Origin: Octopus vulgaris
Taxonomy: Eukaryota
Direction: 5' to 3'
DNA: 248,000 bases
NCBI GenBank assembly: GCA_951406725.2
Contig: OX597815.1
Coordinates: 35,484,001 to 35,732,000, forward strand
Each line of letters begins with the position of its first letter. Within the stretch, counting starts at the first letter, position 1. Made by a program: the position numbers and the translations under genes. A model generated the notes under the pieces. That model had not been told where the DNA came from, did no database searches, and worked only from the letters and a program-made list of their open reading frames with translations. Below, piece by piece: positions 43,601 through 56,900 of this stretch.

Positions 43601-46600
43601 AGCTCAGGTAGGTGTGAAAGCATTAAGAAACATTTTCATTGAAATAACTGCTTTGAAACATGTACCAAATTATCTGTTCATTTGTCTTAATTCCATTAGA
43701 ATTTGATATGAAGTGTGCTGTAGTTTTAACTAAGATTTGGGTTTTAAATATCATGGATATTTAAATATTTAACCCTTTCGTTACCAAACCGGCTCTGGCT
43801 CTGAGTACAAATATCTTGTTTTCATAAGTTTTGAATTAAAATCTTCCACCAAACCTTAGTCACAATTTATGTTCCTAACACTAGCTGAATGTTAACTAAG
43901 TTATTTTGATAAACTCTTTGTTATATTTAAAGTAATTGAAAGAAACACAGAGCATCTCAAAATAAATACAGTAACAAAAGGGTTAATGAAGCTGACTGGC
44001 TACTACAACAACCCTAGTCTCTGCATATCACTACCCTCACACATTTCTCAGCAACAATAATAACTTCATTCCATCTCCAATTTCTCCATATGTCCTCATA
44101 AAATGGCCCTAACCCCAAAATATCAAAGAAATACAAGTTAAGATGTAACTGTGCTGTCTTCATTTTTGTATTTCATTTCTTACAGTTTCAGTCTTAACAA
44201 GTTTTTATCTAACTTAATATTACACAATGCTTCGCCCAAACTTCTCAATTCTAATATAACCTAAGATTTAGTTGATAAATACGGATTGTTCAAAGATGAT
44301 GTTCCATTGAGTTATACTTAACTGATGCTAAATTTCACTATCCCCAAACAAATACAATATTTCAGATAACTTTACCTACCTTTATGAAGCTTCTTCCTTA
44401 ATTAATGAATCATTACTTCAATGTCTTAGATAAGTTTTTTTTTTTATACATATATATTTACAGCCACACTACATCTTAATCTGTTTGATCTGTAATTATC
44501 ATAATTGTTTCATTCTCAGATATATTACACTGTATTGGATTGAATTCGAATTAGGAACCTTTATTCCTAAACTAAGGCTCTTGTCTACTACTACTATATC
44601 ACTGACTCTTGAACAATTAGTGTAGATGTAAATATGAAAATATGTTTCATCTTTAAAAAGGAAAAATTATTATTGTTAAGTTTATGTACCAATATTATTG
44701 GCATTTCATTACTGTCCATACTTTATACAGTAAACTCTACGGTATTACATACTGTCATATATTAGGTATAATTTTAATGATGATGTTGATGATAATGGTA
44801 GCAGTGAAGGTGGCGAGCTGGCAGAAATGGTAGCACGCCGGGTGAAATGCATAGCCGTATTTCGTCTGCTGTTATGTTCTGAGTTCAAATTCCGCCGAGG
44901 TCAACTTTGCCTTTCATCCTTTCGGAGTCGATTAAATAAGTACCAATTATGCACTGGGGTCGATTACATCGACTTAATCTGTTTGTCTGTCCTTGATTGT
45001 CCCCTCTGTGTTTAGCCTCTTGTGGGTAGTAAAGAAATAGATAATGGTAGCAGTGGTATGTGTGATAGTGTTGCAGTTGGTGCAGATACCACTAATAGAA
45101 CTGGTGTTACATTTATTGTTTCATAAGGTCAGGTGCTTTGCCCTATTGACATGGTTTTAAGTGGAAAAGTTAAGTCCTTTAGTGAAGCACACCAGATATT
45201 AAAGATGACAAGCAAAGAATATTATGTACCAGTTCCTACCAGCTATGTGCACTAAAGCATATAGAATTAAGGATTTGGGCCACAGACAATAAAACACCTG
45301 TATTAATATTAATATTGTGTGCAAGTTCACTATCTTAATATAGAATTCTAGTATTAACCAAAAGTTTTACACTACTTTTTCATGAGAGAAACATCATGAA
45401 ATTTGTGACTTTTAGGAAATAGTTAAATAGAATTTGCAATATTCAAGGCTATCTCAAGGGCATTAAGCATTATAATTCTAAATCAAAGTCAATACATAGA
45501 TTTAGCTATATATTCTTTACCTATGATCTTAAATAAATGTTGATTTAAAGTGATAGTATGTTGCCAACTTAATGTGGCAGTCCCACAGGGGAAGAATGCT
45601 ACTGCTATTTAGCCCAAGGAAACACCGTTTCTAGTTGGCCATGACACATTTTCTGTGTCCTTTGAAAACATAAGGACACAGAATATGTGTTGTGGCCAAT
45701 TGGAAACGGTGTTTCCTAGAGATAAATAACAGCAGCATTCTTCCCCATCATGGGACTGCCACATCAAGTTGGCAACATACCATCACTTTAAATCAACATT
45801 TATTTAAGATTATAATCTATTTAAGCATTATAATTCTAAATCAAAGTCAATACATATATTTAGTTATATATTCTTTACCTATGATCTTAAATAAATTTTG
45901 ATTTAAAGTGATGGTATGCTGCCAACTTGATGTGGCAGTCCCATGATGGGGAAGAATGCTGCTGTTATTCATCCCTAGGAAACACCGTTTCCAATTGACA
46001 ACAACACATATTCTGTGTCCTTATGTTTTCAAAGGACACAGAAAATGTGTCATGGCCAACTAGAAACGGTGTTTCCTTGGGCTAAATAGCAGTAGCATTC
46101 TTCCCCTGTGGAACTGCCACATTAAGTTGGCAACATACCATCACTTTATCATGCTACTACTGTATAAATCTCCCTGAGAGATTTAGAAATGTAATATTTC
46201 TAAATGTTGATTTCTTTCAATATTTCAAAAGGTCTCTGATCAAAATAACTTTCATTATTATCATTTTAATCTAATAATATTAAAAATTCTATTTTTATTG
46301 TAAGCTTTAAATATTTAATATTGATACAAATGAAAGTTCCTCAATAAAACAATTAACATCTAAAATAAGCTTCTAAATATTTAAAATTTTAATTTTTACA
46401 ATAATTTCTTTAAGGAATAACATTCTAGACATGACTGCTTGCCTTCTCGCCTGTGGTTTAGACCCTACAAAAGTCATTCTTTTCCAGCAATCTCAGGTGA
46501 GTTGTTATATTTATTTAGAAGACTTCCTTAGTCACTGAAGTTTTAGTATTTAAAATTAAGTATCAGTACAATAAGTGAAGCCATAGAAACTCACAAACGT

Positions 46601-49600
46601 GTTCAGAGAACACTATAGAAAATTCTTAAATTATTTAGGTTTTGCAGAAACCTTTGCTTAACTCAGCTGAAGGATTTTTTTCCTTTATTTTTAAGTTTGT
46701 ACATTAATCCTAACATAGGTAGGATGGTTCTTATAAATTTGGACATTTGCTTGAACGTGGTTAACCATCTGAACGTGGCCGTTGCCAGTGCCGCCCCGAC
46801 TAGCCTCCGTGCCGGTGGCACGTAAAATGCATCATCCGATTGTGGCCGTTGCCAGCTTCGTCAGGCACATAAAAAGCATCATCCGATCGTGGCCGTTTGC
46901 CAGCCTCGTCTGGCACCTGTGCAGGTGGCACGTAAAAAGCACCCACTACACTCACGGAGTGGTTGGCATTAGGAAGGGCATCCAGCCGTAGAAACACTGC
47001 CAGATCAGACTGGGCCTGGCACAGCCTTCTGGCTTCCCAGACCCCAGTTGAACCGTCCAACCCATGCTAGCATGGAAAACGGATGTTAAACGATGACGAA
47101 TGATTACTCTTACAGTTCAGTGCTTTTTCTGTTGTCAACCTGAACTATTGAAATAAACTAGTTGATGTTCCTTAGTTAAATAGACCCAATGTCTATAGCA
47201 AGATTTAAGCTTATGGCCAGCATCATTATCAACATCTACTTTTCCATGCTTGTATGGGTCAGACGAAATTTGTTGAAGCAGATTTTCAATGGCCAGACAT
47301 GTTTTCCATTGGCAACTGGAAATGAGAATCACTTGTATAATGGTTATATATATATTACAGGCTTCTTTCACTTTCCATCAAATCTGTTCATAAGGCTTTT
47401 GTCAGCCCAAGGTGCCAGACAGTGAGACTAAACCCAAGACTGCATGGTTGGGAGCAAGTTTCTTAACCACACAGCCACACCTGCATCTTAAGCAGTTGTC
47501 ATTACAGCACCAAACTTGTTTATAAGTTCATGTATTCTATCTGCACATAAAACAATGGGAACATCAACAACTGGATCTGAAATGATGACATTACAGATGA
47601 AAGTGTCGTACTTTTTACAGGGGAAGTTTACACACTTAAACAATTACAACTGCAAGTTTTCCCCTCTTAATTGCCACTCTTCTTTTAACTGCTACCAAAA
47701 AGATTATAGTTAGCATCCTAAGTTAGCATAATTCTATGCTAATGAACCAAGAATTCATCTATATCAAGTTGTCACCAAGTGTGACAAATCAGAAGTTTGT
47801 TCAAACTCCAGACTTCAGCCACTCACTGCAGTATAGTATAGGTATTTATTTAAACAATAAATTTGAAGTTTTATCAGGGTCAAACATTGAGCTATGATGT
47901 CATAAATCTAAAACTTTTACACTGACACAATGTGTCTCAATTCAGAAGTTTGTGGGTCAGTAATGAGAATTCTAGATTTATGACATCATAGCTCAATATC
48001 TGACTCCTTTAAAAGTTAAAATTTATTGGCTAAATAAACACCTGTGTTATACTACAGTAAGTGACTGGAGCAAATCAATGATGGAAAAGCTAGCAGTCTA
48101 GTATAAGCAGAATTTAGTGAAACAATTACCATTCTATGTAAAATTCTTTCTGCTGGAGAAATTTGTCTTACAATAAGCAGTTCTTTCATGCCCATGCTAT
48201 ATAGACTGTTAAATTAGGTTCATTATTCTTGATGTTCTCATCGTCATTCAATTTGCATCCTTACATCCTAGTTTTAACACTGGTATGAGTTTAATAGCTC
48301 TCCAATATATCACACTTGATCATGTTCCTTCTGAGATGAAATCTAAATTCTCTTGAGGATTTTTTTCAGACTGTTGATTTCATCATCTTTAGAGCTGAAA
48401 AATATATTACTGTTACAGTTGGAGATAAAAACCAACAAATACGTATTTAAGATATAAAGATTAGAAAATATCTTTCGTCTCTGAAGAAGAGATCAATAAT
48501 CTCCTCATCATCATCATTATCATTCTGAAAAATTATAATCTTATTAACAACTCGACTCAGACGTTTAAACAAATGTCTGAGATGAGTCATTAAGACTATT
48601 AGTATTTTACATACCACCAACTCTTTTTTGAATGAATGTTAATGTGAAATTTCTTGAATTTAAGATTCCACAACATACCGAACTTGCTTGGATTCTTTCT
48701 TGTAACTGTTCTCTGCCACGGTTGAAGCATTTACCACAGTGGAAGGTAAGATTTCTTATATTTCCAAGGTTTTAAGTACAAAAAATAGAAGAAAAATTAG
48801 CATTTTTTATCGATAACTGAGGAAGGGATCTTTGGATTCAAATGTATCAGATTTCTTTGCAATAACGTCTGTTAATTCCTCTTCAGATCTTCCTTCAAGA
48901 GGTTAAATGTAAGTTGATGAAGAAGAGATTAAAACTAAAAGGTATCAACTCTCTCAGTGCGCCCATAGAGGTTCAATGGTTATTTGTTTTTGGAGCTGAG
49001 TGAAATTCCTGCTTTTGGACCGGCTTTCATCATCATTTAATGTCCATTTTCCATGCTGGCATGAGTTGAATATTTTGATAAGAGCTGGTAAGCCAAAGGA
49101 ATGCACCAAGCTCTACTGTTTGCTTTGGCATGGTTTCCATGGTTGGATGCTCTTCCTAATGCCAACCACTTTACCAAGTGCATTGGATGACACCAGCACT
49201 GGCAAGATCACCAAGTAACTTGACAAAGAGCCCTTTCAACAGTGAGGGAGGTAGCCTTGTGCTTGGTCGTGAGAAGCTAAACCATGAAAGGGTCAGAAAC
49301 AACATCTTGCTGTAGAGGAGACACATGGTTACCTTGTTTTTTTTTTTCTTTCTTTCTTTCTTCTCATTGATGAAGGACAGTGTCCATTACATTTGCATCA
49401 TTAACCAGACCAGTGAATTTGGTGTGGTTGATGTTCAGCTGGTTAGTTCTTTTGATTGAAGGCAATAATACAGAAGTTACAAAAAAGACTCAGACAAGGA
49501 AGCATTGCATGAGATATTTAATACAGGAACAATGATAAAAGTTAGAAAGACTGGTACATCAGGTGGGCTCGGCTAAAGTTGGTACACACTTTTTTTGGTC

Positions 49601-52600
49601 AGAGGAGCAAGAAACCTTTCTATTAATTATAAAAGACTCATCAATAAAATACAGTACAAGTCAAGTACTGGGGTCAATGTTAACAACTACTATCCCTTCC
49701 CCTCAAAACTGCCAGCTTTGTGTCTAAACCAGAAACAGTAAGAGACCCAAAAGGATATACAAGGATACAAAATATCGCTGAATTTATAGTTGTAACATGT
49801 TGATGGGGAAGGTTTACTAATTTGATAAATGACCTTTTATTAGTATGTGGTTTAGATCATTGGTGTGTGGCAGCTTTGGGATACCAGAGATGAGAACAGT
49901 TCTCTAATATAGAGTATATGTATGCTTTCAAGAAGTTCAGCAACTGTTTAAACCTGAAGGGATTTGAGTCTCTGAGACAAAAGTCTTATATTTGGATGCA
50001 GTGTTGGCTATGTTAGAAATATGTAGATGTTATTGAAAATTATAAAATTCTATATTTTGCTTATAAAATCAAAAAGCAACACAGTACCCATGATTTTCAA
50101 TAACATTTTTTTCACACTTAGAATTGACAAAGATTGGAATAAATTATTTGCATCAATTATTGACTATCAGGACATTGCATCCTTCAAAAATTCCATGTTT
50201 CCTGAAATTCATCAACACTACTCTTGATGTACCTATGTAACCTTTCCTCTTTATGGCTCTTTTACTGTTAATTTGTCTTGATGATGATGTACTATAAAAC
50301 CACTTCTGACTATCATTGCTATCTTTCTTTACTTATCACTGCTTTTTGTATCATCTTTTACTCTTTTCTAATGAATTGTAGTGTACTTGAGCACTGCATA
50401 CAATAAGCTCATTATTATTATTTTCAGATCTTGTGATTATGTGAAAACTATAGAGATTTTTAGCTGAGTTTATTAACAGTGAAAATATGAATGTTAATGA
50501 TACGTATAGTGACTAGCTTTGTGCTGTTAAATGTTATTAGGTTGTAATGGCTCCTTTGCATATTTTTAGGGGTCTGTCATAAAGTTGTGCAATTGTAGTG
50601 TATTGTATGTAGAATACATATGGATAATGCCTGAGTGTTTGGTTAGCAGTAACATCAGAGAGTTCAATATCGTAAACATGGAAGTGTGTGGTAGGATTAA
50701 TTGAACCCTTAGTTACACCAGAGTTGTGAGAATGTTGGTCAGAGGGAAAAGGCCCTTTTGATATTCTTTGATGGAGCACTGAGAGCAAAATGCTAATCCT
50801 TGAGAAGACTAGTGTTACTACTTCTTCACTTCAGAATTGACAAATGTCGTTTGTATTACAAACCTTGTTTGAGCATTTGCACCACTTTAATCAAATATTT
50901 GGGTCACTCCCAAAGTACCAGTTCTGATCACCAACCTTTATCACAAGAAAATATTACCCACAAAATGTTAGATCCTCTTTATTTTCTTGTAAACTTAACT
51001 CAATTGGATTGTCTTTTTTTCCATGGCACTGCTGAAATGAACAAATGGATATTGAACCACTGACTCCATTCCCTGATACAGCGAAAAAATAGATCAAAAT
51101 ACAAGACCTGTGAATTCCTGAAGTTTCTAAATGATATTCGATTTTCTTTATAAACTGTTGTTATATATTTGTATATTGGTGTTTCAGCTGAAATCTAAAA
51201 ATGAGGAGACAGTTTCTGTTGGATTGTTCAGTTACCCTCTGTTACAAGCTGCAGATATTCTTCTTTATAAGTAAGTGAAAGTATTTCTCTTGTTATTGAT
51301 TAAGTTTAATATCATTTTATATTGGTTCCTCCAGATTAGTTTTGCTTAAACATTGGTATCCTGCACATAAATTCCATGTTAAACGTTCTACCTAAACCTT
51401 TCTTCTTGTGTCACAAAAATCTCTCCTATTCCTGTTTTCCAAAGAGTGTTAATCTACAACTACTCAAATTAGACTCTAATTATACAAATTATCCAAACTC
51501 TAGTTCATAAAGGATCTACTTTTTCTTTCACTAAACACCTCCTTATATACACAAAATGTGTAGAGTATTAGTCAGGTTCTTTGTGTTTTGTTGTTTGTTT
51601 TTTTTTATAATTTAAGGGTAGGTCCTCCTAGGCTGATAAGATTTATGTGACTGATGGCCAGTCTGAACAGCTGCCAGGAAAATATGGGTAGAAGAGAAGT
51701 AATAGTCAATTCTGAATGCTTTTAACAGACAGAACTCTACTAAAGGCACCCCAAAACAAGATGGTGAAAAGAAAAAAAAAAAATCAATGTCTGCTGTTGG
51801 ATTGGAAATTGTCATTTGAAGTTTTTAGTTAGTTGGTTAATATCTTATACTGTCAATGTGTCTAACCAAACAGCTGGTTCTTTAAATATTTCCCTCTTCA
51901 ATGATATTAAGGCAAGACAGTGAGAGAACTGCAAACTATAGTTTCAATCTAACAACACCACCAACACCTTTCCAGAAACCTTTCCTTCTTTCTTGAAGCA
52001 TGACCTTCGAACTTTAGGTCTCACCGAGGAATTGACTAGAGACCGAGACCTTTGGAAGTATGCTGTGTGTAAGAAGACCCGGCAGGACAAGTAAGGCCAT
52101 AACCCGTGGCCTCAGTCCACTTTATGCATACCTTTCCTTCTTGGGACGCAAAACTCTACTTGTGAAGACCTGTTGAGGCAAGTGAAAAACAAAATCAAAA
52201 TCAAAATCGATCAACATCAATGGAAATCGTAGCTGTGATACCAGTGCCGGTGGCACATAAGAGAACCATCCGAACGTGGCCATTGCCAGCACTGCCCCGA
52301 CTGCCTCCGTGCCAGTGGCACGTAAAAAGCACCATCCAATCGTGGCCATTGCCAGCTTCGCCTGGCCTCCATGCTGGTGGCACATAAAAAGCACCATCCG
52401 ATCGTGGCCGTTTGCCAGCCTCGTCTGGCACGTAAAAAGCACCCACTACACTCATGGAGTGATTGGCATTAGGAAGGGCATCCAGCCGTAGAAACATTGA
52501 CAGATCAGACTGGGCCTGGTGCAGCCTTCTGGCTTCCCAGACCCCAGTTGAACCGTCCAACCCATGCCAGCATAGAAAGCGGACGCTAAACGATGATGAT

Positions 52601-54763
52601 GACAACATCACCTCACCATTGAAAAGAACTGTACCATTGCCTAGGCAATGTCATCACTCTGTCACCAAACCAAACTGATGTTCTACATCTTCCTATGTAG
52701 CTACAAAACTCTTTACATTCTCTAAAACAAGGACTATTAATAGAAATCTCTAAATCTTCCACAGTAATGCCTGGGGTAGGCAGAGCTAAACAAATACAAA
52801 ATAAATCTAATTTACTATGTTTTTCATTGGTGTGCTTCACTAAAGCTGAGTGAAGCTGCTCAAACAATAGTATTATTAAAAATCTTAGCAGCTGAATGTT
52901 TAAATTTTGCTACTTCATGTCTTACCTCCCTAATTTTCAGATCCCAACTGGTTCCTGTTGGAGAAGATCAAGTAAAACACATTGAACTAGCCAGAGATCT
53001 TGTTAAACAATTCAATCGTAAATATGGCAATATTTTTGTGAAACCAAATATTCTTACAGGTAACTTGAAGAATTTATTTATATTTTCTATGTTTTTCATA
53101 CTATTGTATTATAAAATTGTCATATATTTACCAGTTTTCCTCACAAAATGATCAGCTCTTATGTTAATCACTCAGTACTTTATCTCAGTAACAATAGCTT
53201 AACCTTACCTGACTTCATGGATGGATTTGAACCCTGCACCACGAGCTTACAAGATATTCCTCAATTATACATTGTCCTCAATGTTTACAAATAACAAGCT
53301 CTAGCTCTGCATGGTCACTATTTACAGGTAACAAAATAGAATGATTCTATTGAAATTATTACTTCTTTCATCTATTTAACAATAGATTTTACCAGGTCAG
53401 ATACTGAAATTGTTTCAACCTTAATGCTGGTACTATGCTGAGAAATAATACCCACAACTGTCTTATGTTTGACCTACAAGTAAATATGTAATCATACCAA
53501 TATCATAGAAGTGTGAAGACTATCAAGAAGTGGTAACTGGCTGTAAAATAACTTGTTCCAACAATTTTTGCAAAAAGAGCTTTCAACCATGACCATTAAC
53601 ATTTTATTTCTTGCACAGATATGGTCTGCATAGGCTAGCAATACTTTCTTTCATCTCTGTGAGGTCCAATATCTTCAGTTCAGTGCACAAGTTCTACCAC
53701 CAACTCAAGGCACTCTTTCCATTGTCATCCGTTCATTTTTATATGTCCAAACCAAAATATAAATGTCTTTTACATAAATAAAAATAAAAATCGAATGGAA
53801 ATTGTAGTTATGATACACATGCAAGTGGCACGTAAAAAGCACCATCCGAACGTGGCGGATGCCAGCGCCGCCTGACTGGCATTCGTGTTGGTGACATGTA
53901 AAAAGCACCAACTGATCATGGCCATTTGCCAGCCTCCTGTGGCCCCCGTACTTGTGGCACATAAAAAGCACCCCCTACACTCATGGAGTGGTTGGCACTA
54001 AGAAGGGCATCCAGCTGTAGAAACACTGTCAGATCAGACTGGAGTCTGGCGCAGCCTCCTGACTTCCCAGACCCTGGTCAAACCGTCCAACCCATGCTAG
54101 CATGGAAAACGGACGTTAAATGATGATGATGAGTTTCATACCAAGTCACTTCCTTTCACTTACAACCCAACCTTTCTTCTATATATCCCAGCAGTTTATA
54201 GTGAACTCATAACTTCCCCATCACTATAGATCTTCTGTATTTGTCTTTTTATAGCCTGAGAGTATTTTTGATAACTTACTCTTTGCTTTTTTTATTTTTT
54301 TATTTTAGGCGAGTTGCCCAAAGTGCTGAGTTTGCAAAATCCTGAAGATAAAATGAGTAAATCAGACAATAATAAACTAAGCCGGATTGACTTAACAGAC
54401 AGTGCTGATGAAATATTTTTAAAAATAAAAAAAGCTCGAACAGACTCTACTTCAGCAGTCACATATGACCCTGCCAACCGACCAGGAGTCTCTAATTTAA
54501 TTAGTATCCATAGCAACTTGACTGACCTCACACCTGAACAGCTATGTAAAGAATACACACATTTAGACACAGGACAATATAAAAAGGTAGTGGCTGAAGC
54601 TATTACTGAAACAGTAACACCTATCAGTTCACGCATAAAAGAATTAAAAGCTAATAAAGATTATCTTATTCAGGTTTTAGAAACTGGTAAAGAAAAAGCC
54701 ACAAACATTTCAGAAAACACAATGAAGACTGTAAAAGAGGTATTAGGCTTCACTTTACATTAA
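40672..54763 (+). CDS. WARS2: Tryptophanyl-tRNA synthetase, mitochondrial (384 aa, 7 coding exons)
   Basis: join(40672..40815,43417..43607,46415..46496,48665..48745,51188..51270,52941..53059,54309..54763). GT-AG at all junctions, phases consistent, 1155 nt. Motifs FSGIQPT, HLGN (HIGH), [24 protein letters not shown]; basic/Ser-rich N-terminal presequence-like exon 1 (least certain exon). Confidence 0.95.
41750..42960 (-). mobile_element. RTE-type LINE remnant in WARS2 intron 1 with (GAT)n tail
   Basis: [42 protein letters not shown]. Same family at 54835-55560, 57000-57750, 59143-60350, 76940-78400, 80290-80960, 94670-95280. Confidence 0.85.
43773..43982. mobile_element. piggyBac-type MITE
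   Basis: TIR CCCTTTCGTTAC/GTAACAAAAGGG with TTAA on both sides (43769-72 and 43983-86). Confidence 0.85.
44808..45040 (+). mobile_element. Dominant tRNA-derived SINE (family A), representative copy; dozens of copies in the window
   Basis: Head GGCGAGCTGGCAGAA (box A), GAGTTCAAATTCC (box B), core GCCTTTCATCCTTTCGGGGTCGATAAATTAAGTACCAG (recalled as MetaSINE/MESC-like, unverified), tail CCCCTTGTGGGTAGTAAAGAAATA. Confidence 0.85.
45541..46148. mobile_element. Two adjacent copies of a ~255-bp hairpin MITE in opposite orientation
   Basis: 45541-45795 and 45899-46148, TIR TGATTTAAAGTGAT(A/G)GTATG; loop of the second copy is the reverse complement of the first. Confidence 0.85.
46740..47100 (+). 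mobile_element. RTE-3'UTR-derived SINE-like repeat with (GAT)n tail (family D), representative copy
   Basis: GGCATTAGGAAGGGCATCCAGC...CCAACCCATGCTAGCATGGAAAACGGA(C/T)GTTAAACGATGA; about 20 copies, mostly between 46 and 110 kb; sequence continues directly from RTE ORF 3' ends at 54835 and 59143. Confidence 0.8.
47810..48070. mobile_element. Imperfect hairpin MITE in WARS2 intron 3
   Basis: TTGAGCTATGATGTCATAAATCTA / TAGATTTATGACATCATAGCTCAA inverted arms with further outer complementarity. Confidence 0.65.
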
Positions 54764-56034
54764 TTGAAATCATAAAATACCGTAAAATACATTTTTTAAA
54801 AACTTGTTTCAAGTTGTTCAATTTCTTTGTTAAGAAGCATCAGATGTGGTGTGCAAGAGAGACGACTGCGCTGATATGGTCATGTGTTGCATATGGATGT
54901 GAAAAAGTGTCACACCCTATCAGTAGAGGGAACCTGTGGAAGAGGTAGACCCAGGAAGACTTGGGATGAGGTAGTGAAGCACAACCTTCAAACATTGGGC
55001 TTCACTGAGGCAATGACAAGCAACCAAGACCTTTGGAGATATGGTGTGCTTGAGAAGACCCAGCAAGTCAAGTGAGACCATAATTGGCCTATGCCAGTGT
55101 AGCATAACTGGCCCTTCAATCATTGAGCAATAAACTGTGCTTGAGAAGACCTGTTGAGTCAAGTAAAATCATTATTGTGGCCAGTGGCAATAAACAGCAC
55201 CATTCGAGTGAGGTCATTGCCAATGCCACCTGACCGGCTCCAGTGCTGATGGCACGTAAAAAGCATTCAAGTGTGGTCATTGCCAGTGCCACCTGACTGA
55301 TTCCCATGCTGGTGGTACGCAAAAAGCACCACTCGAGCGTGATTGAAGCCAGTACTACATGACTGGCCCTCATGCTGGTGGCATGTAAAAAGCACCCTCT
55401 ACACTCTGAGTGGTAGGCATTAGGAAGGGCTTCCAGCTGTAAAAACCTTGCCAGATCAGATTGGAGCCTGGTACAACCTTCTAGCTTGCCAGTCCTTAGT
55501 CAAACCGTCCAACTCATGCCAGTATGGAAAGCAGATGTTAAACAATGATGGTGATGATTTTCTGAAACTTGTACCTTTAATTATTAATCTAACCACTGGT
55601 AATGATAGTAGCACTAGTATTGCTGATACTATATAAAATGTGTCTACTAACCATAATCTGCATCCCAGAATGGTGTATATGACCTTGGTAATGACACTTA
55701 ACTCTCAATTACCCTGTTCTGAAATAGGTACTCTAGGGAGACAGTTTACAACTGTATGCAGAGTAAGCTACTGTAATTGGTAAGTATTTCATCAACTTGA
55801 AAAGCTAAGTTCAAATACTACCATAAAATGAGAAAAGCATCTGCTGCTTTGGACTGGAATTTCTATCCAAGCAAGGAGATATGTCAACTGCTCAAGCACC
55901 ATTACGCAACATCCATATTGTAAGACACCTTTCAAAGGCAAATGAGCTACAATCTCAAGTAAAAAATAAAAACCTTGAAACAATCAAAAGTACGCTAAAA
56001 CAATGAGATTTTTTTCCCTATAGTTTAAATATCA

Positions 56035-56900
56035 GGTCATCCCATAAATAATGTCTGAATTTTGGTAAGGAAAAAGTGATTTAATTCCATTGGTGAAAAA
56101 CTTCTTTGGTTTTGATGAGAGAAAAGAAAGAGAGGTCAGTTTTAACCTGTTTGGGGCTTTTGAGAGCTAATCCATCTAAATGATCTTGCTTTATCATAAA
56201 ACATAACTCCCTTATGATTTGCCAAAACCAGCCTTTTTTACTTCAAAGCAACATCCAAACACTCTGTTGGCAAAAGGTGTGAGCAATAATAGTTGCATTA
56301 GCTGGTAGCTGCTCAAAGTGGATGACTCCAATGCAATTCCACCAAATAGAAAGAACCATTTTTGCATGGAGGCCCTTTTGGGATTGTGGTTTAGGTTGTT
56401 CTCCACACCTAAGCTACTGTTTGCATCACTTAACATTTTCATAAAAAATCCATTTTTCATTATCAGTCACTAATTTGTCCAAAAATGGTGAGATACATTC
56501 TTGGTTGGCTTCTGTCAAATAATGAACAACCCATTTTCCAAGCTGTTGAAGATGGCAGTGAACAGTTGAATGGCTTGAATTGAGCTTGCTTGCCAATTCT
56601 TCAACTGATACAGCATTATCCATTTCAAGCTGTGATAAAAGCTCATCATCAAATTCAACTGGGGACCCTATTCATGGCCTCTCTCTTAGGTTGAAATCAC
56701 CATTTTTGAACTTTGGAAATCATTTTCTGCAACTTATTTTGTTCAAGCACTCTTCCTATAAACAGAATGGATATTTCAGGTTGCTTCTGCTGCACAGTTT
56801 CCCTTTTTAAACTCATGAATACTCCTTCAATACATCCATCTTTGAGGGGTTAATATTAGTAATTAATTCAATTTCATTATTCTGTAAAAAGAAATTATAA
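56035..56900 (-). mobile_element. Mariner (DD34D) remnant
   Basis: SVEELASKLNSSHSTVHCHLQQLGKW, FLDKLVTDNEKWIFYENVK; TIR-like TATCAGGTCATCCCATAA at 56035; same family as 169015-170272. Confidence 0.75.
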
